Below, in pieces: positions 43,001-55,900 of a stretch of DNA of 59,393 nt. The stretch lies in assembly GCA_905331295.1 (NCBI GenBank), contig CAJNYD010000548.1, forward strand, positions 124,001 to 183,393. Direction: 5' to 3'. Under the pieces are notes generated by a model. That model ran no database searches. It had not been told where the DNA came from and saw only the letters and a list, made by a program, of their open reading frames with translations. The translations under genes were made by a program, and so were the position numbers. Origin of the DNA: Rotaria socialis (Eukaryota). Position 1 is the first letter of the stretch. Every line of letters starts with the position of its first letter.

Positions 43001-44659
43001 ATGTTTGAAGAAAATATGATTCGGAGAAATACTCATAGACGACTTTACTTCGTCGGTACATATATATTAACATTTATGTAACATACATTAATCTTTTCAA
43101 TTCATAACCATAGGCACAGAACGAGATAGTAAGTAATAAAATATTCAATGGTTTCATGAATAAGTATAAGGAAAATAAAATTTTTAACATACAGACTGTC
43201 TATGCTATTAAATCAAATTTACATGCTTAATCAGTTGATGATGTTCACTATTCAAAAAATATCATTGTTTCTAAATTTTTACATTTTAAAACGCTACATA
43301 GCATCTGTTAAAAACTGAGTTGTATATCATTTATGAATAGCCTAGTTTCCTTCAAAAATCTTACAAAAAAAAGGTTCAAGTTATCGGCCACATATTGTTC
43401 TACTAAGATCAAAAGTAATTGATCACAAAAATTGTAGGGCAAAAATATTTTCGATTTGTATGAAAATCATTTTTAGTCAAGCATTATTTACTATTAAAAT
43501 TGACGCTGAAAATATGTGCGACATAATAAAATAAGACTTTATCAATGATCAATCATCAAATACACATAAATCATTTGAACCGAATGGCACAGATGTAATA
43601 CGAAGTTTAAAGTGACCTTTGAAATGTGCTGTTGTAAGTACTTGAATTAATATATTATTCTCTATTTCCGTTGAGATTGATTTATAACGATAAAATGATC
43701 ATTTTTTCGACGATATTAAGTGTTTGCTAAATATTTAGCGGTCGTTCTGTGCTTAAAATTATATAATGTCACGTCAAAAAGTAAATTAGTACTTAGATAA
43801 GAAATGTGTGATTCTATCAAGACAATTACAATTTGCAGAACATGAGCCGATCAATATAGTTAATCATATACTACATTATTGAATGTTTTTCTGTTCTAAT
43901 TATGTTAATGAATGCGCTTATTAAAAATTAAGTGAGAATGTAAAACTATAGTGACATTTAAATTAAATTAAAGACTTTGCCCATGCCATAGTCATCCGTT
44001 TGATATTGATTGTAAGATAGGATACATACATATTTTTTTTATCGAATAACTAATACGTACGTCATAGGCTATAAATCGTATTAAATTATTTCTATCATCA
44101 GTCCATCAAAATGTAAACGTAAAATCTGTTGAACAAAAAATATTTAAGATTTCCGAAAGAGGATTGATAGTATTATAATAGAAAATTCCATATAATATTC
44201 AATAACATCCGGATTTATAACCTTTGTATTTTTCAAAGCTGTCTTAGTTGCATTGCAATTTTTTTTAAGAATACGGGACAAGAACTGAAAATGTTCAGAT
44301 CATAGAAAAGAAAGTCGAAATAGAAACTATTCATGTTTTTTTCAAGAAGATCTACTCTGTCTTTTTAATGGATCAGCAGAAAGTCACATTCACAAATTTA
44401 ATCAATTTTTTTAAAACACGCGTCAAATTCTCTACTAAGGAGGGTTAATTATGAAGCTCTACGAGTGTCCATAGAATATATATATAGATATTAGGGTTGT
44501 CAATTTATAGTTTATTTAAATTAAATTTAACTTCGCGAAAAGTTAATTTAATCTAAAATTAAATTCTATCAAGTTAGATTAAAATTTTTCTCACATAAAA
44601 ATTTTAATTTAAATTAAATTTTTGGACTGAAAAATTATTTAAATTTAATAAATTATTAG

Positions 44660-44853
44660 CAGCGGCGTAAATAGGGGTGGGGGGCGAGCGGGGTGTAACA
44701 CCCTCCTGCTTTTGAAAATTTCGTTTTTTTTGCTCACCAAAACAGAAAAAAAAGTTTACGCCCCCCTGCTTCCAAAAGTTCATTTTTTAGGTCATGAAAA
44801 CAGAAAAATTAGAGTTACACCCCCTCTGCTCTGAGACCTGACTTACGCCCCCG
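44660..44853. mobile_element. hAT-type MITE with three internal C-rich repeats
   Basis: TIR CAGCGGCGTAAAT / ACTTACGCCCCCG (10/13). Degenerate TSD ATTATTAG / ATTGTTAA. Three internal copies of an AC..CC..CTGCT motif. Confidence 0.72.
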
Positions 44854-44970
44854 ATTGTTAACTCTCATATGTATAAAATGAAAAGGATATATAAGGAATG
44901 AAAGAGGGATATATTAAGAGCGAAAGTGACAAGTAGTGTCACTCATGTTATGTGACGAACAAAGAAAAAG

Positions 44971-45043
44971 CGAACTTCGTGGGACTCGAACCCCCACCTT
45001 CCGATATCCGGGCAGATGACCTAACCAGTTAGATTTGAAGAAC
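44971..45043 (-). pseudogene. Degenerate tRNA-like sequence (tRNA pseudogene or tRNA-derived SINE head)
   Basis: 73 nt with G18G19 and G53-T54-T55-C56-A58-C61 at the standard positions, B box GGTTCGAGTCC, a pairing D stem and TTTTT downstream. The acceptor and anticodon stems are mismatched. Confidence 0.7.
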
Positions 45044-45588
45044 ATCTTAATCTTCGTTTAGCGGTAGTAAATTATATCACTAACGCTAACATAAATTGTT
45101 TGGATGGGTACGCCTCATTGTTTTGAGAAAAATACATTGACTAGAGCAGTAGTAAATACTAAATGAGAGGAGAACCTAGCATTTTAGGTTCATATTTGTT
45201 CATAGTAATCAAAATTTCTCTACAGATCATCCTGGATCCGTCATTTTTCTTCTTTAAAATACCGGGATACTCATAAAAATAATTTTTAATAGCACAATTC
45301 GTAAAAGAATAGCTAGCTTGAACTTTAGAAAACAAGAAACATACTCAAATTTGACTTTAAATAGCAGTAGGCATTGATTATTCATCAAATCTGGTTTTCG
45401 AATTATCATGTTAAAAAGCGAAAGATAACTGCATAGTATCTAATCATATTCTGCATCAATAATAAATATATATCTATGGGACACAAAAAAGAAGGCTTCT
45501 TTGTCCAGCTCTCATAATAGTCGTAATTTGCCTATAGGTGCTGTATTCTATATAATGCCTAGGCATTTTTAGATGCATGTGCAAATTT

Positions 45589-45742
45589 CACTGGTCGACG
45601 ATCTTGACATCGTTCTTTCCAGATTCTTGATGCTAACTCAAGAAATGATTCTTGCCTGATTTTTAAGAAGAAAAAGAATCTTGTCTGACAAGCAAGAAAA
45701 ACAAGAACCTGAACAGATCGAAGTCAAGATCGTCGACTAGTG
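45589..45742. mobile_element. CACTA/CMC-like MITE
   Basis: TIR CACTGGTCGACGATCTTGACATCG / CGAAGTCAAGATCGTCGACTAGTG (22/24), with TTT on both sides and repeated TCTTG/CAAGA motifs inside. Confidence 0.82.
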
Positions 45743-46955
45743 TTTTACCCTTTTATTTATTAGTCGTCGTGTTCTATTTTTGTATTGTTCTAATCAGTCA
45801 CATAACATTTTTAGTATGAATATAAATCCGCGTAAATATCTTTAGACTATTATTTTTTACGTATAATTACATCTTTTTTCCAGTTCAATATAAGCTATAC
45901 CGAACTCACAATGATTTCCATCGATTTCACGTTGCCAAGTACAACGGAAACAATTTTAAGCGTCTACGAAGTTCACTTCATGATAATAGTTTGTAAATCT
46001 ACTACAAAGCAATGAAATATGACAACGATGAATAAAAGATTAAAATGTAGAGAATTTACGTCTAATCCTAAATACGTCAGAAAATCACGATAGAAAACTT
46101 ACATGCAAACTACAGCTTTGGGGAAAGTTGAAAGTTAAGACATATTTGCTGACGCCTCATTTATTCATTTGCCCAGAATACTTCAAAATAGTAAATACAA
46201 AGAAAAAAATGAATAATTATTTATCTATTGGTCAATTAGAGCACCGATTGTAGTAGTACAAAATGGAGCAAAAATTACATTTCGTTGTCATGTAGATTCA
46301 ATAAGTTTGTATGTGTGTTCTTGTTTTCTTTCTAAACTAGAAATTAAGCGAATATTCATAATGAAAAGACGCCAATGTAATTCCGCTTTTATACATATGG
46401 GAATACTTTTCAGTACAATTCATTGTCATTTGCAATTTGACATAAATACGCATAATAATGACAATTTCAACAAGACATATAATTATAGAAATTCATGTAT
46501 TATTGAAGAATAGTTTTGAGTTTCCTGTATATGTCGACTATTAATTTCCGAAGAGTTTACTGAGCTTTTAAGAGGATGAATAATAGACTTTTATAAATCT
46601 GTAGGTTAACAAAAAAAAGTAAAACGTTTTATGATTAGGAATGACTTTTTTTTTGCTGGCATTATAGAAACAGTTACAAGAAAAAAGATTTTAATTAGAA
46701 TGTTGTGGAATGTATTGAAATATGAATATAGAAAGAAGAAAGTATTCTTCTCTTCATTTAAAAATAGGAGCTTCATTCTTCGTATATTGTTTACCTTATT
46801 AACTTCTACGTCAATTTCGAAAAGAGAAAAATATAGAGAATTATAAGCGAAAGAGAGCAATGCATAACGTAAATTAAGAAGAATAGATTTTCTTTCAAGA
46901 GCAGCAAGGAAAAAGAAAGAAGGAAAAAAGTATAAGAGAAAAAAAACTAAAATCA

Positions 46956-47241
46956 TATAAAGCTCGTTCTTTCTTCATTATATCGCATTATTTCATTATC
47001 AGGTAGTATAAAATTTCTATTATAATTTGATGAGCTTCCATCGTGTTCATATGTTCTCTATGTATAGAAAATATGACATGAAGCAATAGTCAAATAGTGT
47101 CATCGAATTTTCACACATCCATGAGCGTTTATATATACTATTGGATGTTACGAAAGAAACAAATCCTCATAGAGTTCATTCATTCATTCATACGATGATC
47201 TTTAAATAACGATAAAATCTATTCATTTTTATCTATTTTAG
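46956..47241 (+). promoter_or_regulatory. Possible TATA box and 5' UTR intron of the DUF2059 gene
   Basis: TATAAA at 46956, donor AG|GTAGTA at 47003, and a pyrimidine tract with TTTAG acceptor ending at 47241, 7 nt before the ATG. Confidence 0.4.
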
Positions 47242-47248
47242 TTTTACT

Positions 47249-47704
47249 ATGAATTCCATTCGTTTAACGACATTAATTATTGTTTTACTCTGCGCTATTG
47301 ACAATATTCAAGGAAAGCCAATTAGTCCGTCATTGAACCATTTCGGCGATAATGTTAAATATTTATTGAAGCTTCTTGGCGTTGAAAATGAATATTTAAA
47401 ATTTTTATCCTATATGAAACTCTACCCACCAGCAGATGATAAAATGAATGGTCTCTACAATGATTTATTTTCATTTGATTCATTTATATCTGATCTTACA
47501 GAAGTTTATACCAAACATTATACACCAGACGATATTAATCAACTTATTAGTTTTTATTCCAGTCCATTGGGTAGAAAGGCTAATCAAGTAACACATTTGC
47601 TAGACAAAGAAATGGAAGACGTAATGTTAAATAAAATCAGTGATTATATTTTTACATTATCAGAAAATGGCTTCGACATAACTCTACCACAAGTTCCACA
47701 TTAA
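47249..47704 (+). CDS. Secreted DUF2059-family protein (151 aa, intronless CDS)
   Basis: Signal peptide MNSIRLTTLIIVLLCAIDNIQG. VYTKHYTPDDINQLISFYSSPLGRK matches the bacterial DUF2059 signature Y...FT..EL..L..FY.SP.G.K. Confidence 0.85.
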   Translation: MNSIRLTTLIIVLLCAIDNIQGKPISPSLNHFGDNVKYLLKLLGVENEYLKFLSYMKLYPPADDKMNGLYNDLFSFDSFISDLTEVYTKHYTPDDINQLISFYSSPLGRKANQVTHLLDKEMEDVMLNKISDYIFTLSENGFDITLPQVPH

Positions 47705-48288
47705 AACAGATTTTAAACAAAAATTCAAAATATTTTATGTCATTTCTTTTTTTTTTCAAAGTTCAAAAATAAATCGAACGATACACATATTAATAAATTT
47801 GTTATCAGTGTGAAAATGAAATTTTGTTTAACTGTAGCACAACTCGATAAATAATCTCGCAAGAAAACTAAATCATTATAATAGTAACATAGAGACAGTC
47901 AAACGTATTCGGAATATAGCCAAAAGAAACATGACATCGGCTTATAATAAAAATATTTTTAGATAATCGATGATACTCGACAAAGAGTAGAATTACTATT
48001 AACGTCAATAAATAATGAGAAAAAGGGTTTTCTTGATTTAATTATTTTAATTTGTGCACAGGTACTTGAATGCCAGACTGTCTTTTATTCTATTTAAGAT
48101 TTTATTTTAAAAAAGTTGTTTTCTTTTGTATAATATTAGAGTCGATTTAAGAAAATGTCTGTAACCTTGATCGAATTTTTAAACTTAACTTGTCGGTAGT
48201 TCAAATAACGTGTGACTCTGTACTATAAGATAGTCAAACAGTGAAGACTAAATTGTGGAAAGATCTGATTGATTGCACTCCAGAAAAG

Positions 48289-49139
48289 GGTTTACAGGAT
48301 TTCCTGTCCATTGATTGTTTTTCTTAGAAAATATCTTTTTTTCTACAGAAAGTACAATTTTTGCTGCTGAGGATTTACTGTCCATTGATTGCCTCGAAGA
48401 ATAGAAATGAACAGAAAAATATTTATCGCAATCAGCTATGCATTTTTAGAAAAAGAAAGAATTCAAGCAAATCATTAGATTGAGATTGCCTATTAATTGC
48501 ATGAAATGCTTCTTCAACTATACGATCAATGGGACTAGATTCTTCGATAGCTTTTCGTTTAAAATTTTGTCGCATTTCTAATACTTCTTTATCAGTTTCG
48601 TCAGGTAGATGTGTATGATCTTCACGAGCAATTACTGATAAATCTAAGTAACTTGTAGCTATTGTTTGACATTTAACACATATCCAATATTCCGAACCAT
48701 TTTGATTCTTACGTTTCAAAGAATATCGATATCCGATGTAGCACAATTGTCGTTTGCCATGGATATATTCAGTAAATATAGCAGACATTTTTAGCAAGAG
48801 TATGATAAGACAGTTATGTTCTTTGAATTTATATATATTTATTATAAATTTTTGTCATATTAATGACTATTTTACCCTTCAATTTGATGAGCATCCGTCA
48901 TTTTAAATTGAAAATTTATTCAATAGTTCTGTCGTTGGTAACATTTTTTGTTTTTCCACATTTGTGTAATTTTTTGTGCGGAAAAGGAATTGGCTGCCAA
49001 GACCATTACTCATTTATTAATTTCTCTTCTTCGAAGCAATTAATGGGCAGTAAATCCTCAAACGAGAAAAACGCTAATTGGAAAAAAAAGTTATTCAATC
49101 ACTGGACAGTAAATCCGCGGACAGTAAATCGTATACACG
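48289..49139. mobile_element. Non-autonomous Mutator-like element (MULE) carrying a FLYWCH fragment
   Basis: Exact 9-bp TSD CCAGAAAAG at 48280-48288 and 49140-49148. The long modular TIRs are built from GGATTTACTGTCC repeats; 48368-48401 pairs with 49027-49060. Confidence 0.88.
48432..48788 (-). pseudogene. Truncated MULE transposase N-terminus (FLYWCH zinc finger)
   Basis: GKRQLCYIGYRY...YWICVKC...HTH followed by a helical segment. It has no DDE domain and lies inside the MULE TIRs. Confidence 0.8.
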
Positions 49140-49793
49140 CCAGAAAAGACGTATCGTTGGTATTTTATTCGAACATAAAATAGAGACAACTCATGTAGTC
49201 GGTACAGTAATAATGAATGAAATTAAATGATAATGCAGCTTACTTCATGTAATTAATTGTACATTGTTCGGCTACTTAAAAACTCTTGTGTGACTGAAAA
49301 ATATTTATAGAACTATTTATTGCAACATAACAAAAAAATGAGTTTCATTAAAATATTATTGATCTACATTAAGTTTGTACTAGTTCACGTCAAAGTTCAC
49401 TAGAATCGAGAAACACAATCAAGGAAAGTGTTCCCATTAGATGATCTAGATGTTATCTACACAGTATATGCTTACTTTCAAATTTTCTAAATAACCTTTT
49501 TCTAAAGTCTAGATTGTACCGAGTATTTAATATGCATTACCGTTTGATATTAAGAATAGATTCAAGTAGTCTGAAGTAACAATTTAGTTTTTTCCCTACG
49601 AGACAGCATCCGTCATTCATTTGACTATTTGATTAGTTTTCATTGTCAAGATGGAATTATATAATTTTCTCTTTATACATAGGACTACTTTTAAATATCT
49701 ACATAGCTACTTTATTCTATATTTTATTCTTATAAAAAGAAAATCATCCTAAGTAAATAGAATTAAGACGATGACTTATGACTGGAAAAATAA

Positions 49794-50265
49794 GGGCTGT
49801 CTCCGATTCGGTCCTAATTGGAAATATGTTCTCTCAATTGGGTCCTATCTTAATCAGGTCCTATCTCAGTTCGGTCCCGTAATTATTTCTCATTTCTATT
49901 TGAATAATAATAATTAAAATAATTCATGTATCAAAGAGAAGAGAAAAATTTATATCATAAAGAATAACAAGACAATTAAAAAATCTATTAACATATAGAA
50001 CTTATAGACATCGATATTAATTCAAAAAAATTGTTGTTTTACTACTTCTTGGCTAATTTTGTTTTAACAGCTTCAACCAATCATAATTTCAAAATGAAAT
50101 TTTTAGATTTAAATAGGGTGGGCATGAACATTACGGTAGGCTTATTATATTTATATTTATAAATCACGAATAAACTGACAGGAATCGAACTGAGATAGGA
50201 CCAAACTGGGGTAGGACCCAATTGAGAGAACATATTTCCAATTAGGACCGAATCGGGATACGATC
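49794..50265. mobile_element. Mutator-like MITE
   Basis: TIRs of about 85 bp (CCGATTCGGTCCTAATTGGAAATATGTTCTCTCAATTGGGTCCTA...). Exact 9-bp TSD GAAAAATAA at 49785-49793 and 50266-50274. Confidence 0.9.
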
Positions 50266-50469
50266 GAAAAATAACAATGATTTTTATTTTAATCAAATGA
50301 AGAGCAATTATTGAATCACAGACAGATATTTGCTGCCTCCAAAACTGTTTATTGCAAATTATCCGACAGGAAAACATACATATATTAGAACTACTGCTTA
50401 ACAATTTCTTTTTTCTATTGAAATGAAATATTTCTTTTTAAATTTTTATTTTCATTGTTTATTATAAGG

Positions 50470-50961
50470 ATGTCATATCTCTATGATGAAAAATTTGGAA
50501 AAGCCATACATAGAAAACTATTTCAAATCCTCTATCGACTACTGCAATCACATCATCTAATCAATATTTTCATAAAAAGAAAAAACATCGTTCATTAATT
50601 TCATTCTTTTTTTTTTTAAAGATAGTTATTTGATATGAATCTTAAGAGAAATATAATACGAGACAATTCAATGTTAAAAGCTAATGCGTCTATTGATATT
50701 AATCAAGTTCAATAGAAACAATAACCTCTATTGTTGTATTCTCGTGGACAATCATCAATAATATCAAATCAACGGCAACCAATGTCATTAAATGAAAATA
50801 ATCAATCAATAGAAAATCGAAATTTACAATCACCGACAAATTATAATGCAAAACTTGTTGGTCATTCTTACGGATATCTAGAATTTTTCGGTGAGATAAT
50901 TAATAATCAGGATTCATGTTTTGGATTTTCCGTATCACAAATAGCATCTAAGTGTATATGA
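50470..50961 (+). pseudogene. Probable decayed host gene of unknown family
   Basis: Protein-like low-complexity frames (MSYLYDEKFGK; TISNPLSTTAITSSNQ; MNLKRN...QVQ*KQ*PLLYSRGQ...GHSYGY) are interrupted by frameshifts and two in-frame stops. Confidence 0.4.
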
Positions 50962-52546
50962 TTATTGTAATATTTCTTGGCATCGTTCTCAATATCTCTT
51001 TGATAGTTATTTTTAGAAAATGACGAAGAAATTTTTTTTATTATGCTTCAAACTGATCGAGTTTACTGTCCTTGTCTTTTTCTTTTTTTTTGTTAACGAT
51101 TAATTTGTCATATAATTGCACTCATGCTGCTTCATCGATTCAAACACAAATAGATATTGACAAGACGAAGTACTTGACTGGCACTGAATACGAAACAATG
51201 ATGCTAATTTATTCTAATAAATGAATATTAATTGTTGTTTATTTACTCTGATTTGCACAAAAAATATAAAGAATGAGAAATATAACATACACATATCATT
51301 ATTATAAAGTACACAAAATATTTTATGTTCTTTGTTTCCTCTGTTCTTTTTATCCGTGTAAAACTCTTCATTACAGTTCATAATTTCATCTCTTCTTTCT
51401 ATTGATCTATCTTCTTTGATTACACATTTGACATTGTTATAGAACTTAGTGTTTCGATATCTAAGCAATTATAGCTGACGCATACAATTCACATGTGCAC
51501 GACACATTAGAACTCATGACAAACATATTCAATGATGATCTTACATAATGGACCGAAAATTGACACATTTTTTATTCATTGTATGGATTTGTTGTCCATT
51601 TTCTCTGTATATACACAATATACGTGTGGTACATATTGAAATTTTTTAATCAAACGCTATTCTTCAACAATCTCCCAGAGCAATTGTAATACAATGAAAT
51701 AAAAAGTGAGATTTACATGACCTTGTGGAATAGAAAATACTATGGAATAATAATGATATTTTTCTCTTAGAATAAAAAAAAATAGTAAATAGTTTAGTAT
51801 AATATAACATTAGTTGGAGTTAATCAAAGCGACCATTGTTGTTTTCAATGAACGATAGAAGGGAGCAAAGATCAATTTGCATATCGAAGCAACAGAACAT
51901 CAATGTAGGTGCTTTTCTATTGTTAGATGTGAATGGTTAATTGACATAATCTTCATTTATTATATATTTCATTAGATTCTACTTTATGAAGGTAAAATAG
52001 AGAAGAACAAGTGCAACCTTCAGTATTTCTATTTTTTATTTTATTTTTTATTGTGAATACAAAAACATAGATTTATAATTCATTTTTATTCGTAGAAAAA
52101 CTATAGGTGAGGAAAAAACATTGGTTTTGTTTGTTTTTGAACATCAAATCTAAGAGAAGTCAATGATAGAATATAGTTTCCGTTCTATTTGATTCATCGT
52201 AATGTATTGAGAAAAGAAAAAAAAAAGAATAGGTTTGAGAAATATTTGTCCTGTAGAGAAGTAACAATTAATTGCATCTGTTGTTGTTTCAAGACTTTCG
52301 CTTGTATTAAGAAAGTGTAAAAAACGACTATGATGGCGTTATGCTGAGCCAAATAGAAAAATGAGTAGCTATGTATGCGAACAAGACTGAGTGTAATTTT
52401 ATTTTCTCGGGTAGATATAATGGCTAGCAAAGGAAGAGGAAGAGAATGTGGTACGAGAATAATAAAATCGGCAGCTGAAATCTTATGGGACCGGTCGCGA
52501 CTATATACATGTTACCCAAGTGTCGTCGTACTGAGAAAACTCGAGA

Positions 52547-52566
52547 ATATATATATATATATATAT
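52547..52566. repeat. (AT)n microsatellite
   Basis: About 10 AT units upstream of the M13 gene. Confidence 0.8.
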
Positions 52567-52932
52567 GTAGTATCATCTTGACATTTCAAGGTCGACCGGA
52601 AATTATCGTGATCAGATTGATAACGCTATATATGTATATGTAAATAGTGAGATTCGACTAGACTTTGTACCCGGACCTTATTTTTAATTCTAAGTTTTTG
52701 ACATTTTACTCTCGAACAGTCTTGATGTCCTCACGAGAGTTTAAGATGCCTTCACTAGATAATATCTGATGAAACTCAAATTTAAAAAGCCATTTATAAT
52801 CCTTTTCATAGTATCTAAAGACTAATTTAATTATGTATGGGTTGGCTCGTTTTCATATCTCTACTTTTATTTCAAACCCTACATCAAACAAAAAAACATG
52901 CTAAAATTTTTTTTTTATTGTTTTTAGATAAA

Positions 52933-55900
52933 ATGGATGAGAGTCAAGACGTTCCCGACACAATTTTCAGTAGTAGTCCATTACGTAAAGTAGTTCGTTT
53001 TAATGAAAAAGATGCAATCCCACAACAATTAACAACATCTACTAGTCTATTAACATCTTCGTCAACGATAACTTTGCCATTTCCATTAATATCACAAAAA
53101 CCAAGCGTACGTTTTCAACTGTTTTGTCTTTTTCTTTGTCTTATTACTGCATTGGCTCTTGGATTTATTCTCAGTCTGTTATTTATTACTCAAATAGTAC
53201 GTATGCCTAAGCCAAATTTTCTATCGTATCGATTTTTTTCGAAATCATCTGAGCAAAATGCAATAAATAATCAAATTCATTTATATGAACATTTCAATCC
53301 ACTGTGGATTAATGAATTAGATTTAAGTGCAGATATTTGTAATGATTTTTATGGTTTTACATGTCGCAAATGGCTATCGAACCATCCATTATCACCGCTT
53401 GAATTAAAAAGAAGTTGGCTAACTGAAAGATCACAAAATATTCGTGACGCTTTCGCTGAAAGGCTAGCTAATTTAAGTGAAATTGAGGCATACAACTATC
53501 AACTACAAGCTGACAAAAACAATACTCAAGAATCAGTTGAAGATACAACTTTGAATTATTTTGATGGATTATCATCAGACAAAAATGAGTAAGTCCATAG
53601 AATAACTTAACTACAAATTACAATTAAGAATACGATTCATTTTATTGAATTGCATAGACGAATTATCCTAATGTTTACCCACTTGGTTTTTAATACTAAA
53701 GATCATAAACCATTTGCATGGTATTCCTTTAAAAAACTATCGATTGAAGATAGAAAAACAGTTTTTCGTCATAGCGACTCGTCTCGTGTTCATTTATCCT
53801 TTTCTAACGAGTAGCACTGAAATTTGTTTTTCTGTAGAATTATTTTTATTTCAGACATGAACGTATAAAAGAATAGAATCGTTTCGATAAAATTCTATGA
53901 GCAAAGAAACGATATTGCAAGACCGCTTTCAAGTCATATTTAATTGATAGAAGGTCGAAGTTTACAACTTCTTCAAACAGCTTTCTTCTTGTTTGAAATG
54001 GTTATAAAAGGAATTGATGCTTGAGAAACGGAATCAAAACTAATGGTTTTCATAATAACTATAACAAAAACAAAACCCCAAGGGTAACAATCTTAGAAAT
54101 AGACAATCTGATGTCAACTCGCGAGCAGTTTTTTATTATATCATCAATAGCTTTACGCAAGCTATTTGCATAATTGACATAACATCCACTCTATTGGATT
54201 AGCATCTAGGTAGGGTTAGAGTATCAATAAATAGTTGTTAAATCTTTTCCTTCAGGGATGTTCTTAAGTTCTTTTTGTAAAACTGATTGATTGATGATTT
54301 AAGTTCATCCGTGTCTAATTTCCATCATCATTGAACCAAAAGGATTTGATACGAACTTGAAATTGTTTTCAAAAGAAATTTTCAGAGAAAATCGAAAGAA
54401 GATGAATGTTTTTGAAATAAATGATCATATGATAAACTCTATAATTATTTTTCTTAGACTGGAATACTTCTATTCTTCTCATGATGAATATGAAAATGAA
54501 AAGCATAAACTAGTTAAACGTGAATCAACTATAGATCCTCAAGATTTATCTCAATCAATATCTAATATGTTACTTTATTATCATCAATGTATTCATACGT
54601 CTGAATCGGTTCTAATCGACGACTTAAAACGATTAGCATACGATCGTTTTTGGTTTACAAATAATTATGAAATTATTTCAACAATAAATCATTTCCATTT
54701 TCTATTTGAACAAATGATTGAACATCCATTAATGGGCATATGGAATGTAAATACAATAAATTTTGGTACACAAATTATTATTCATATTCAAAGAAAAATT
54801 CAAGATCAACAAAAATTTCTTTTATTACATCAAATAGAACAAGCTGGTATTTTCGAACATTATGTACAAAAAAATCATATTGATTTATGTTATCAATCAG
54901 CTCGTGTTGGTCCATTAGCAAATACATTAAAAGAATACAATGACGTGTTAACATCAACACTGGTACCTTCTGAATCTTCAATAAACGATGATTTACATAG
55001 TTTAATATCAAAACAAGATTCTTTACCAATTGTTTATTCATCTGTAAGACGTCCGAATGATTTACGAGATTTAATTCAATTTATGTTAGATAAAGATATG
55101 ATTCAATCGTTAAATAATACAGATACTTATGATTTATTTTTGAATTTTACACATGATCTTGAACAGTATTTATTGCACACACCCATATTTCGTAGCACAA
55201 TATCAAGTCAATGCCAATTATTTCTTAATTATTATATTCGTATTCGATCATTGAATGAAACAAAAATAGAATCATGGCTAGATTATATATCATCATCGAT
55301 AATACATTTAATTCTTCATTCGTGGCCTGGTGATGCATCCTATACATGTTTATATTCAACAATAGTTCGACATAATCAATTTGAAATAATTCCATATTGG
55401 CATACATTTATTGAGTATACAAAAAGTCAAATAAAAGATATTTCAACGCCGATTATTACAGTTGAAATACGATTGGTCGATTTCTTTCAGCTTGATTCAA
55501 CATTTCGATTTTTATTTGCTGATCAATTTGCACATTATTGTAATTTAATGGTTTATAAATATGGACCTAAACTATTACCATTTGTTAGTACTTTTCATGA
55601 AGGAATACAAATTACTTTAAAAAGTCTTTGGAAACAAGTTCTACAAGAAAATTTCAATGAACAAATCAGTAAGATAAATTGTTATTTCTTTATTTAATTT
55701 TCTATTATAAATAAGGTCAACTATCAAAATCGTTTTTCTTAGTTTTTCTTTTATAATTCTCTATTCAATGAATTTCATTTTGTTTTTTTGGTAGCGATGT
55801 TTCGCCAACAGATTAGGTCTGAAATCTGAAATTTTTAAAATGCTTTATTCATCACATGTACTGAGATGAGAGTAGAATTGATATATAATACACGTGAAAG

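Noticed and set aside
46307..46956. Phe/Lys-rich ORFs
   Set aside because: Low-complexity A/T sequence upstream of the DUF2059 gene.
50711..50724. Idea that in-frame stops are repaired by RNA editing from the nearby DYW protein
   Set aside because: Repair would need U-to-C editing. This DYW does not show the features of the KP-type reverse-editing class as far as I can tell, and frameshifts point to ordinary decay.
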